Assembly: GCA_039621445.1 (NCBI GenBank)
Contig: CP154954.1
Span: 12,270,716-12,334,715 of the forward strand
Origin: Euglena gracilis
Taxonomy: Eukaryota
Reading direction: 5' to 3'
DNA: 64,000 nucleotides
This document shows, piece by piece, positions 1 through 13,000 of this stretch (its first letter is position 1; each line of letters starts with the position of its first letter). Position numbers and translations under genes: made by a program. Under the pieces are notes generated by a model. That model saw only the letters and a list, made by a program, of their open reading frames with translations, ran no database searches and was not told the origin of the DNA.

Positions 1-188
1 TTCTCAAAAAAAAAAAGGAAAGAAACACCTGGCCGGTGCTCATGGGTCAACAGGACCCACCAGACGACGATGTGGAGGTGGGCCTGGAACGTCTCGAGGG
101 GGACGGCCTTCACGAGAGGAGGACAAATGACGGTGGCCGCTGGACAGTGCCCAGGAAGGAGGGTGGAACCGGAGCAGCGCACCAGCGT

Positions 189-392
189 TGGGGTTTTTTT
201 TTTAAGACCAGGGGGGGTCCCGGAAGACCCACTCACTTTTCTCTGAAAATGGCCAAAAAAGCGAAAATGCCAAAAATAGCACTTTTTTAACAATTTTCGG
301 CGCCGAAAAGTGTATCTCCGGGGGGGGGGGGAGGGGTCGGCCGGACCCACCCACCCTGCCCCCCCCGGGGGCCAAGGCTAAAAAAAACCCTG
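189..392. mobile_element. hAT-like MITE (poly-G/poly-C rich)
   Basis: Imperfect TIRs (TGGGGTTTTTTTTTT.. / ..AAAAAAAACCCTG) flanked by an 8-bp near-duplication ACCAGCGT (181-188) / GCCAGCGT (393-400). Similar G/C-run elements recur through the window. Confidence 0.45.
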
Positions 393-1197
393 GCCAGCGT
401 ATTTTAAAGTTCAATCAGTCAACGGCTTCCAGGATTCCTGCGAAGCCTCTCCCAATGGCTGCTGCCTGAATTTGTGTGATGCTGACAATGGACACTGACC
501 CCGAGGGGTTCAATGATACTGCACAAAACAATCAACACAAAACTACACAAAAAGTTCAAAGCTGCACGAAAATTGCATTGCAAATTTCATCACTTTCAGG
601 GCCCTTTGAGACTATACACAATTTCTGGAAAAAAATAGCTCCTTCTGATTTTTTGACGGATTTTCCGTATGAAAACACTAAACTGGAAGGAAAAAAAAAC
701 AAACTGCAAGAGCAATTTGAATCTCATTTCTTAAGAAAAATGCAGATAAAAAAAATATCTCCGAGAACCATCCCAAAGGCATGAACGTTCTCACGAGCAC
801 AAGTTAATTCAGAGTTTGAGAACTCATTTATTCATTGAAATTCAGAAGTCAGTGCAAACTGCCCAGAAGCCACAAGGGTGGCATTCAGTGATGCGCTCTG
901 GAGGCGGCCCAGCGGGTGACCCAAAATTTGTCACTAGCCACCACAAGCAGTTGTTGGCAGACACCAGCAGTACTACTGGTTTGGACTCTATACCGGTTTG
1001 GACTTTACAGGGACGTTCAGGGAAACAGGACAGTGCCCAGGGAGGCAGTCGAGAGGGCGAGGGCTGCGGACTGGGCTGGAAGGGTTCGGCACCACGCGGC
1101 TTTGCATGCGTCGGAGACGATGCGCATGCTGCACTCCTCCGGAGTGGACAAAGGGGGAAATTAAAATTTAAGGATTTGACCGAAGTGCCCACGTAAG

Positions 1198-1198
1198 C

Positions 1199-1266
<68 letters not shown>
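1198..1266. repeat. (CAA)n microsatellite
   Basis: Perfect CAA array. Confidence 0.97.
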
Positions 1267-1267
<1 letters not shown>

Positions 1268-1401
1268 AAACAACTAAATATAAATAACATACTATAATAA
1301 ATAAATAATATAACAGGACCTAGCTACGATGAAAAGGGGCACAAAATATGCCACTTGGGAGCAGGCTGAGGTTTAGGCACTAACCCCCACCCCATTTAAA
1401 A

Positions 1402-2090
1402 CTCAGGCGGCGGATCTCGCACTTGAGCTTTTTTCTTTGTCGATGTGCGCAATTGCGCACATCGACAATTTTTGAAAAATCCTTGAACCGCCGAATGCAC
1501 CTAGGGAAACAAAAATACGTAACTGCACACTTCATGATACAAGTTAAGAAACACGAAGGTTACGAACTGTCACCTGACGAGCTGTCTGAAAGGTCTGGAG
1601 CGACAGATTTGTATTCTTGTCTGTCAAAAAGGTGGGTTGTGCACCCTGGCTGTTACGTGCACATTTATACACGTGGACGGTGTTCAAAAGTGTGCAAACA
1701 CCGACCACGTGCAAATTTACGCAAACTGACCACTTTTTTCATTCCAACCTGGTACTTGATACATGTGATTTTTCAGTTTCTGTCTGGTTTCAGAGTGGGA
1801 CTGTGGTGTAAGCCCTTCCAGTTATTGTTGTTTTGAAAGGCTCAGGGGAGCAAAATCTGTTTATGTGCCGTGGTACTTGATCACACCCCTTTTTCACAAA
1901 TGTACATGACGTCGTTTTCGAAAATATGCACACATTGACGGTGTGCGCATTTGCGCAAACCGGCCTCATCCTCTGTCCCAAACTCATGGAATTTGCTGTA
2001 CCGCTTTCAGCGGTGTGACTTGTGGGGTATTTGCCATTTTCCAGAGGAACGGCAAAACCGGTCGATGTGCTAAAGTGCACACATGGACAT
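1402..2090 (+). mobile_element. Truncated left end of a relative of the CTTAGGCGGCC-TIR transposon family
   Basis: CTCAGGCGGCGGATCTCGCACTTGAG (1402-1427) resembles the family TIR. It is followed by a perfect 32-bp palindrome TTGTCGATGTGCGCAATTGCGCACATCGACAA (1437-1468) and further GCGCA motifs. No right TIR seen; right boundary approximate. Confidence 0.5.
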
Positions 2091-2516
2091 TTTTTCTTTG
2101 TTCAAACCAAGGCTGCAATTAATCAATCATTCCCATGAAATTTGCATGATCCCCTCTCCCATTTTCACGACACAATTTGGCCAGACAAATCCTGCTGCAA
2201 GTTCGGTGGGGAATTGCGACTGTCAAACCCTTCAAACCACTTTCCCTTCACCCTGCAAAAGCCTTCGCAAAAGCCCCAGGCACACCATCCTTCCCTGTGG
2301 TCCCGCTTGGCGACGCGGCTGGACCCCCTAACCCCCCATCCTCATTCCCTCGCTCCGGCAAACGTCCAAAAACACAAATCAGAGGCCGGCAAATGCCCCA
2401 AAAACCGGTGAGGAGAGCATCGCTCAAAATAGGGGGAGGCAAGAGAGTAAGAGTAGAAGTAGGTAGTACTGGGGTTTTGATGTTTTTGTCAGTGATTTTT
2501 CACTTTGGGGGCATAG

Positions 2517-5500
2517 CTTAGGCGGCCGAATTCGCACTTAAGTGTTTTTTCTTTAGAATTTGCGCAATTGCGCAAATGCGCAAAATCTGTGAAACCCCCC
2601 AGGACCCAGTACCCTCTCCGCCGAAAACTTTTTTGAAAATGCGAACGTAACTCGTTAGGGCTGGGCAATTCGAACCCCTTCGAATACAAAATCCTAACTG
2701 ACCGAAAGGGCGCGCGAAAAATTGTACCTCTCCCTCTCCCGCAGCTGGTTGTTTGCACACTGTCCGTTGAACACCTACCGACACCCTCTTCCACCCTACA
2801 CCACCCCGCGGCATCCGTTTGGCCAGATCTGGCGGCGTACAGTATTTGGCTATTTGAGGGTGAAAATATGACCTGTGAATGCTGCGATGAAAACAGACAC
2901 CTTTGATGAATTCCAGAATTATTGTGAGGGTCTGTTGGGTGCCAGGATTTGCGAATTACGATGGAATTGGGTGTGTTTGGAGAGGGGTGTGGGACCCCTG
3001 TTTTGACAACGGGGAAGAAATGGCGGGTGAATTGGAACCTTCTAACTGATGTAGGAAAGAAATTTTAATTATGGCGCACTGCACACTTGCGCAAATGCGC
3101 GCATAAACAATTGATCTTGCTGTGATTGTTTTGTGTTGCTCAGATGGCGGTTGTAATGCCCCAGATTATGTCAGAAATGAAAAGTGTCCATGTTGATTTG
3201 CGCAATTGCGAGCACAACGGTTGATTTTGTTGTACAACAACCCAGAGGGTATTGCGTTACCAGTCACTGGATGTTGACGCTGAATGGGCGTGTATGCAAG
3301 TTACTTGTTGTGTCAGTAGGGGTGCGATTTGTCTGGATGGTTGAGATGTTGTGACCAATGGGATGTTTTGTTGCTCGCCAAGTGAGAGTGTGTGTCACGT
3401 ACGGGGTGGTCAAGGCTTAATGGCGATGTTAGTGTGCTGTCCCCTGTCTGGAGTCTGGACTTGCATAGGGGATGGCAAGGCAGGGTACAGCTGTACAGCT
3501 GTGTTTTCTTATGTTCTTTTTGTTTGTTGACTTGAGCAATTGCGCGCATAAACATTTCTAAAAAAACACAGAATTGTGGGACGTAGCGTGTAATGTGTAT
3601 ATACCAGAAATAGGCAGGATGACGATGATGGGGGTGTGACGTTAAAGGATTTGTGGGTTGATGAAAGGTAGCATGCCGGCAGACCTGGGGAGGACTGATG
3701 GAGTCCTCCCAGGCCAGCAGCACCCACTCCCGCCGCCGTGGCTACGAGGACAGCTTCGTCGCGGAGGCTGGGAAGCTGCTGGGGCAGTTGGTGAAGGCCC
3801 ACTTCACCGCCACCTACGAGGAGTTCAAGGCGGCGGTGGTGCAGCGCGGCCACCCGCTGCAGACACTGGTGGTGGCCCACACCAGGGTGCCACTGCGGAC
3901 GGAGGGGAGCGCGGCGCTGCTGGAGGAGCTGGCCCGGGAGCCACGGCGGCAGCGGATCGAGCTGCTGCTGAAGGACGCCTGGGCGGTGTACCGGACGGTG
4001 CGGCAACGCGCCTGCCCACGGTCGGCGCAGCGGTGGTGGCGGAGGAGCACAAGGCGCCGCTGGCGAGGCACCGGACGGCCAGCCGGCTGCTGCGACCGAG
4101 CGGCATCCTGCCAGAGTAGCCCATGTGGAACCGGCAGTGGCGGTGGCAGCGGGCGTGCGAGCGGCTGGAGGACTGTGGCAGCAGTCGGAGGGGCGCAGCT
4201 GTGTCCTGTGGTTCGACAACTTCTGGAAGAGGGCCATGACGTTGAACCCCAGGATGGTCATCAGGACGCACGACTGCTGTATCATGGCCATGATGCGGAC
4301 GGCGGTAGACGCCATCCCGGAGTACCCGGGGTACCCGTCGCTGGAGCAGCTGCTGGGCCGCGTCCACCGGGTGTCCGCACGGCTGGTCCAGACCGACCTG
4401 CTGGTGTTTGTCGAGCTGGTCTCCGAGATCAGTGCGCGGCCGCTGGACGCGCATGAGCTGCGCGTGCCGCTGGACGTGCCCCGCTCATCAGAATGACTGA
4501 TTTTTTTTGAAAGCCTCTGTAGGTTGATGGTCTGTGTGGGCATTCCGGTTGCTTCTGTTAATAATGATGTGTTTCTGAATTACAGGTAGGTGCCTCACTG
4601 TTGCATAAAATTTAATTACATCAGCACGCGCGCAAATGCGCCCACATAACTCTGTCTTATGTGTTTGAATTATATATCAGTCTTAGGTGTTACAGCAGTC
4701 TTTAACAAAAAAATCTCGTTTACAATATTTGTATTATTTGATTTGCGCATTTGCGCACAGATACATTTTTCTTTGTGATCATACCAGATCTCACCAGGGA
4801 CCCAAAGAATGTTTGCAGAACTTGTTGATGTGCGCATTTGCGCAAATGCGCACATCAACAAATTCTGCTTTTGTCATATCAGTTGTGTGAGAATGATGCT
4901 GGCATTGATTTTCTCATACAGAATGAGAACTCTGATGCGGCTGAGAGAACGCCCAGTGCCCGGTGTGGCGGTCCTTCATGCTGACGGATGACCGGATCTC
5001 CTCCCAGGTGGAGATGTTGAAGGTCCTCCGGTTCCTGAAGGACGGTGTGCTGTGCCGTGTGAAAGCCCCGCTGCCCGTGCTGGTGGACATCAACCTCTGG
5101 TACTGCCAGCTGAAGGTTGTGTACGGGCGGGAGTGCCAGCGGTGGGATGCGAGCGAAGCGCTGCGGCAGCTGCCCCCGCTGTACGGCGTGTGGCACACGT
5201 ACAAGCAGATGCTGTACGTGATGTACCGCCGCCTGCTGCCGCTGTTCCTGTTCCTCCAGCGGGGCACGATGGCGCCGGGCGAGCAGTGGTCCACCAAGCC
5301 AAAGGTGCGGGCGCTGGAGATGTGGGTCGGCGCCATGCTGATGGTGCCGGCGGACCGCCGTGCCCGCCTGCAACGGCTGATCCAGACCCTGCGACGGCGC
5401 CGGGACACCATGGTGCCAGAGGTGGAGCGGCACCACACAGCAGGCCCGGCAGCGGAAGGAGGAGGCGGAGCAGCAGACCACCCGGCAGGTGCGCCACGCG

Positions 5501-7140
5501 GAGGCCAGCGTCAAGATGCAGCGGGCGTGGCAGTCTGGAAGCCGCGAGATGGAGTGCATCCGCCTGCTGGAGGATTGTCGCCGGAAGGAGGCCCAGGCGG
5601 TGGAGGCCCTGGAGAAGCTGGAGCGGGAACTGGAGGTGGCGCAGGCACTGGAGGACCTGCTGCTGGCCTGTGCGCCGGCCTGCTTCGCGCTGGGGTGGGT
5701 GCCACTGGGAGGAGCGGCGGCCGCAGACCGGCGGACAGGCGCGCAAGGTGCTGTGCAACGCCCTGACGATGCTGCTGCACCTGGAGGCGCCGACACCGGG
5801 ACACCGTCCAAGAGGTCACTCGGACTACGTGCGGACGCTGGCATGCGCGCTGCTGATGTGGGACCGGTGGCACGAGCAGCTGCCCGCCTGCTGCTTCTCG
5901 GAGGAGGTCAACGAGGCGATGCTCAGCAGGCTGGGCAGCTCCATGCAGCACCACCGGATGCGGTGGAGGTGGAGGACGTGATGGACCTGTACGTCCTGGT
6001 GAGGCAGGGGCAGCACGGTGCCCGGGAGCTGAAGGCCAGCGGGGTGGACCGGCGGCGGATGGCGGACTGCCTGCGGAACCTGGACTACCTGCTGGACGGC
6101 AGTGAGCTGCGGCCATCGCTGGACGCCCCTAACAGGCTGGTGCACGAGATGGTGACGTTCGCATCGATGAAGGGGCTGCGCCACGAGAGACAGCGGCAGC
6201 CGGAGGACGTCGATGCGGAAGAGGGGGAGGAGTCGGAGGACCAGTCAGTGGTGTTTGCGGTGGCCGGACGGCTGGACCGGTCCGCCATCCCTGCTGGCGC
6301 CCGACGTCGGACCCAAGGGCGAGACGGTACTGAAGGATGTGCTGCAGTCACCCCCATCCCTTTTCACCTCCTGTTTCTCTCGGTGTCACCCCTCTCCTGC
6401 CCTGGCCCACACACGTTCGGGTGCTTATTTGCGCAAGTGCGCGCACAAACATTGTTTGTCTGTTTTTCGCCTCACAGAAACACAAAGGTCAAAGTCCTGG
6501 GTTGCACGCACACAAACCAATGTCGATGTCCCCCCAAGCCCCCACTGACACCCCCTGCGGGTGTCTCACCCCGCCGCCCTGCCCGCCGCACATCACCCCT
6601 GCACAGCTCTGCACCCTCCGCACCTCTCTCCCCTGGACCTCTCCTCCCCCCACCCCCTGCACACCAGACCCACCGACCTGCACCCCTCCCAAAGCCCTGT
6701 CACCCAGTCCCTTGCTTTTCTTCCAAGTTCAAAAGTCAGAAGTCCCAGGGGTAAAAATAGCTACACACATCGCGAGGCACCGGGAGGGAACACACTGCCA
6801 GCGAGACCACTTTCCCAAAAAAGGCTCAGCACTCTCAAAGAGGCGGGCAGGGTCCCGGTCCCTTGGTGCTTTTTTGTGTGCTTCTTTCACTTTGGGCGGG
6901 CAAGGTCCCGGGGGTTTGGGACCACAAAGTCCTCCCTGACACCCGTCAAAAACACTGTTTTTGGCCAAAGTCCCGGGGGTCACACCGCCAAAACCAAAAA
7001 AGTCGCTTCGTTTTTGCCCTTGCTTGCCGGTGTGTTTCTCAGTCCCCCTGACCTTCACCGCCGGAATCAAAAAAGTCGGGGATTTGCACATATGCGCAAA
7101 TCAACATAAAAATCCTTAAGTGCGAATCCGGCCGCCAAAG
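2517..7140 (+). mobile_element. TIR DNA transposon, internally deleted copy (Academ-like)
   Basis: Left TIR CTTAGGCGGCCGAATTCGCACTTAAG (2517-2542). Right TIR CTTAAGTGCGAATCCGGCCGCCAAAG (7115-7140; 2 mismatches to the reverse complement). Exact 4-bp TSD ATAG at 2513-2516 and 7141-7144. Collinear with the copy starting at 45150 until ~6349. Confidence 0.88.
3698..6349 (+). pseudogene. Frameshifted transposase, Academ/DUF6589-like DDE family (copy 1)
   Basis: GC3-rich coding-like segments in shifting frames carry, in order, VLWFDNF (D at 4215), VLVDINLWY, LYGVWHTYK, HSDYVRTL and FSEEVNE. This parallels the Academ DN..DQPLY..LGxxH..YAR..DQxxE motif order. Several frameshifts and a stop; truncated at ~6349 relative to copy 2. 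Confidence 0.6.
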
Positions 7141-8417
7141 ATAGGTCCGGGGTTTTCTGTGTCATTTCAACCTCAAAAAAACAAAACACGTCATTCCCAG
7201 GAGAGCTGGTTCCAAAAACGAGAATTCGGTCATATTTTGTCAAATCCTGTTGCCTCTCGCTCTCACCCCTAGAAACGCTGGAACTCAACGTGGTTCTTGC
7301 GAAAACGCACACATCGACCCAAAAAAAACTTGGGTGCGAGATGTGCCGCCTAAATAAATGCCTGGTATTTGTTTGGAAAGGATTCAAGACTCTCAGGGGG
7401 TTAAATTTGAGAGCTTATAAAAATTGGGAGGAAAATCAAACTCCCCCAATTAAAAAAAAAGATTACCAACACAGCTTTGTACTCATTCTTTCCAAAATCC
7501 AACCATTTTCAAGCAAAAAATTGCAGGTCGCCATTTTCCTTTTCCTTTTCACTCCTGGTCACCATTTTTCAAAGCACAAACATCAAATTCATTGCCGAAA
7601 ACTGTCTGCAGAGAAAAAAATGATAAATTCTGGATTTTTTCCAGTCTCATGTCCCTCGTGTGACGCCATTGGCGCTTGCGTGGAGGAGAAATTTTGGTGT
7701 AATGTATAAATAAATTTGTAATACTTGGGTATGGTCGCCAAATCTTTGCCCCCAGTATTTGGTTCGCTCCATTTGTATTTGGGACTGTGGTATATCTTAA
7801 TGTGCCTGCTTCATTGCCCTCTTATGATGTGTGGGAGATGTGCGATAAATCTGTGAGTGTTTATTTCGATGCATTTTCAATTTTCATTGGCACTCCCTGT
7901 TTTGTAAGATTTGTCACCTGAAGTGGAGTCTCGGGTTTCGCCAAAAAATCTTCTCCAATGAACACCCATATCAGGCCAGCACATTTTTGCCACCTGAGGG
8001 GGAGGGTCTGCATTGGGGGTATGGGGGGAGGGTGAAGGTAAATATGGGGGTTATATCAGTCCTGAGCCAAAATCAGGCCAGAAACGGCCCTGTTGAGGCA
8101 TTTGCTGCCGAAGGCGTGGGAGTGTCACATTTGTCACATTTGGCCATTGCGGCCAAATGTACGGATCGAAATTGGAACGCCTGTCCAATCGACACCTCCT
8201 CCTGCGAGGGGGGGGGGTCCTTGGCAGGGGCATGGTGTGGCTGCACAGCCGTCTGCCGGCCACAGGTGCTGGCAAGCCTGCCGGGCGAGTTCGATGCGCT
8301 GTTGCGGGGAGAGGTGCCGCCGCAGGAGTCCTGGAAGGAGGCCGCGGAGGCGGCGGGCTCAGAGATCATTGTAACCCCTCCATCCAGCCCCCCAGGGATA
8401 TACATTCATACACACAT

Positions 8418-8620
8418 AACCCACCCACCCACCCACCGACCTACCGACCTGCCCACCCACCCACCTACCCACCTACCAACCTAGCTACCAACCTACTTTC
8501 CTACCTACCAATCTAGCCACCTATTGACCAACCCATCAACCAACCAACCTACCAACCAATCTACCTACCACATGCCTACCTAACTACCCACCCACCCGCC
8601 CACCCATCTACCAACCTACC
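8418..8620. repeat. Degenerate (ACCC/ACCT/ACCA)n tetranucleotide tract
   Basis: Low-complexity CCAC/CTAC/CAAC array. Confidence 0.8.
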
Positions 8621-9414
8621 TTTGCCCCCCTCCCCAAAAAAGAGCATTGCATGGCCCACTTTGACCACGTAGTAAAAAAAAAAACCTCACACTTTCCGTC
8701 TTGTAACTTCAGAGAGTCCGGAGATGAGTCAGGAGATTTTGCGGCCAAACCCAACCCTCTGGATATCGCGATAAAAAAATCTCTGGGAGAGCTTCCGTGG
8801 CGTAGACTGACCAGCGATTTGGCTTCGTCTTCATCTTGGGAAAAAAGGACTGGTTCATTGACGAGAGGGGAAAACATCTGTTGTTTACATTATTGCTGAA
8901 CATTATTCACATTGGAAAAACGCCGACGCAGGCAGGTGATGGAGAAAGAAAGAAAAAATATCAGAAATTAATGGTGCCAGTCAAGACAAAGTCACAATGT
9001 GGGCGGTTGAAAAGGATGGCATTCTGAAAAGTGAGCTCGAGGTGTCGCTGAAATGTATGCAAAGCAGGATGCTTCCACGCATTTTGCAGGGGGTCACCAA
9101 ACTGACTTGGCATATTTCTTATTTCAACTGACCAAAGTCCGTGAGTTATTTTCAGTGATGTGCCATCAGACTTCCTGAGCCAAAGAGAAGATTCAGATGC
9201 TTATTTATCCTAAAAAAGAACTGAGCATGCAAATAGCACGTTCAAAACAACATGCTGCCATCTCCAGGGGAATTTTTTTAAAAAAAAAATATAGTACAAA
9301 ATGATCTAGTTCCCCCCAGAATCATCTGCGTCTCAGATATGTTTCTCCAGACTTTATATCACACCGACATAGCTGAAAAAAACTGCACACCTGCATGCAA
9401 CTCAACTTGATTGA

Positions 9415-10094
<680 letters not shown>

Positions 10095-13000
10095 ATTATT
10101 GGTGACGATGAAGCACCCTGGGGGGAGGTCATCAGGAGGGTAGCACTGACCCTCGAGGTTGGACTGAATGGTAGAGAAGTCCATGGGATGCTGAATCACC
10201 TGGGGGAACAGGACGACAAAAGACAAGATCTTTCGAAATCCATGGAAAGAGGTTGGTTGGTTTCCAGCTGAGATTTGGGTGTCAGACAAAAATCAGCCAA
10301 AGGATTGTTTATATTTGGGAGACCCACCAAATCGACCCTTGCCATTAAGACAAGTTTGAGGGTACCCCTCAGAATTTTTTGACACACACACACACACACA
10401 CACTTGTCCATTAACGTGGGAACACCTTGACCCCAAGGAGCCCCAAAGAACCACCAAAAATGAGTGTCTGGGGCTGTTGGACACATTTGGCCAAAACTGT
10501 CAAACTCGAAGGGGGAAAAAAACCCCAAAAAAGACCAGCTGGAAACGACATTGTCTTGGCTGAGGAGGTGCCCTGGGGATACTGGGAGGAGGTGAGATGT
10601 CCAACAGAGCCCGTTTGAGGTTAGCGTCGATTTCGCATTGCGTAAAGGAATTTCTCCAAATAGAAACCAAATCCAACAAAAACTGCGGAAAACTGCCGAA
10701 AACTGCTGGGCCGAAAACAGCACTGTCTGGACCAAAAAAAATGGGTGGAAAAGGGTCAAACCAGAAATGGCTCCGAAGAAGTCGGTATCCTCCTGGCGAG
10801 CCTTCCGCGACAAATGGAACCACTGCGGGGTCATGGGTGGTGTTTCGAGATCCGGATCAAATTCATTATTTTATTTTGGCCGAAAAGGACTTGAAAAAGT
10901 CTTTGAAGGTATTCCCATATGCCAACAAAGCATTAATCGATGAGTACCGTCTGATGGGAAGGGTTGTAGGGAGGAGCGGGACCAAGGTCGAATATGGTGG
11001 AGGGGGGGGGGGCTCTAAAAATAACCAAGTATGATATCAGCCTTGGAAATCATTTTGCTGCAATCGTTCCCTGAATTTACTGTGGTGGATCGGCGCCAAA
11101 TATTCATCCAAGGAATCCCCCCATACTGTCAATTCTGGTCCATTTCTTGAAATGAGGACAACAATGAACAGATTGGTGATGGCCAAAGATGATGCCCTTC
11201 AGCCCCAAAAGACACCGGAGACAGGAAGAGGAGGCATCTGGAACCAAAACAAAAAAGCAAAAAAAACACACTGCGCAATTTCATTTTTGGGTCTCAGTAT
11301 TTTTTTGGGGGGGTGCTCAACGAGCGCACCTCCAAATAGTCCTTCACACTCTCCACATCCACTGGACGATGAAAAATAGCCTCCTTGTCCGCAGCGAAGA
11401 GCGCATCCAAAACCTGCCTCAATCCTTTGTAGAGGCCCTCGATCATTGGGACCAGAGGGACTTCATTGTTGGCCAAGCTAGAGCAAAGAAAGCAGAGGGG
11501 TACACTGAAGGAATGGCAAAGGTGTTGAAATTTCAAAAAAAAACGCAGAGTTGGTTTGGGGGAGTCTTTGGCAGTGTGAGCAAATAAAATGCCATTTGAT
11601 GAATGAAGAAATCTAGAAAATGTTCAGATGCTGGAGAAAATGCCCACATCAAAAGGGAGAAGGAAAATGAGCTTGGACAACTGAAAACTGACCAATTTTT
11701 TGGGGGGATTTTTGTATGAAAACAAGTGAAGGTGAACAAAAAGCCAAAAGCATCTATATGTATTTTGCCATTGAATTTTCCAAAAAAAATCGAAATTGAA
11801 GCAGTGTATGTATTTTCTGGCATTAAAGTTTCAGGCTATCTACCAATCTCTCCCTGGTATCATAGCGGAGGGACTTTCTGTCGTCCTCCTCAATAAAAAA
11901 AACGACACCTGGAGACTCTCTGAGTGATCACTGAGTGATGATAGAAAATTAGACAGGTTTCTGGAAGATTTTTTTGTGTTTTAAATCTCCCTTAGAAGGA
12001 TATTCACAGACACAAACAGCATGTTGGCACTTCCATCCCCTGTTCTGGGGGTACTTCTTCCTGATGAGTAACTTTTGGCTCATTCTTTCTTGGTGCCGAG
12101 GGGTTTGAAATTGGGGTCATTGGGTGATGGTGTAGATCAAAATGCCAAACGGCAGAAATGCACAAGAAGAAGACCCTTCACTGGGGTCTTCGAGTCTTTT
12201 GGCTCCAAACAAAACCGTCATCCTCAAAAAGAGAATCCCCCCAAAAGTTGTCTGCTTGAGGTTCCTTCCTGAAAAATGCAAAATATGCTTCGCACGTCAC
12301 TTGGGTTAACGAAATTTCCGATGGCACAATGGCATGTTTTGATTAATGAAATTTCCCATGTCATAATGGCATGTTCCAGTTAATGAAATTTCTGATGGCA
12401 CTATAGCATGCTCCCAGAAAATCGCCGGGGAGGAGGTGAAATTTGCAATTAATAAAATTCAGCCAGGAGTTAATCTGTTTGCTTCCCTTTTTTTGCACAG
12501 CTTTCCCCAAGGGTTTACCCATGTTTCCCTTCTGTTAAGCTTAGGGAGGCCAAAGACTTGACGTAAGACCAGGTGGGGGGCCCGAACCAGGCTTTCTTTT
12601 TAAGAGAGGGGGCACCCAGCACTTCCCCCCCCCTCTGGGCGAGTCATGAAAAAGACACCGCAAAAAATATCCCTCACACCCGCTTATTCATTTTTTGAAC
12701 TTTTTTCCTTCAACACTATCGGTTTCGGGCTAAAATATTCAGGCTCAGATAATAAAAAAACCACTTGAGAAGAAAATATCGGTGCAAAGTGCTAAAGCAT
12801 CCGGACAACCCCCCCCCTCCCCCATCCACGGTCTTCCATTAATTCTTTCTTAATTAAAAAGAAGCCGGTCCGGCACCCAACATGATCTGCTTCTGGAACT
12901 GCTTGCATCTCATATCAACATTCCATTCGAGCAACATGGGCATGATTTGACGTTGGGCCTGAGTTTAGGCCAGAGTAATATCCAGACCTTAAACTTGATC

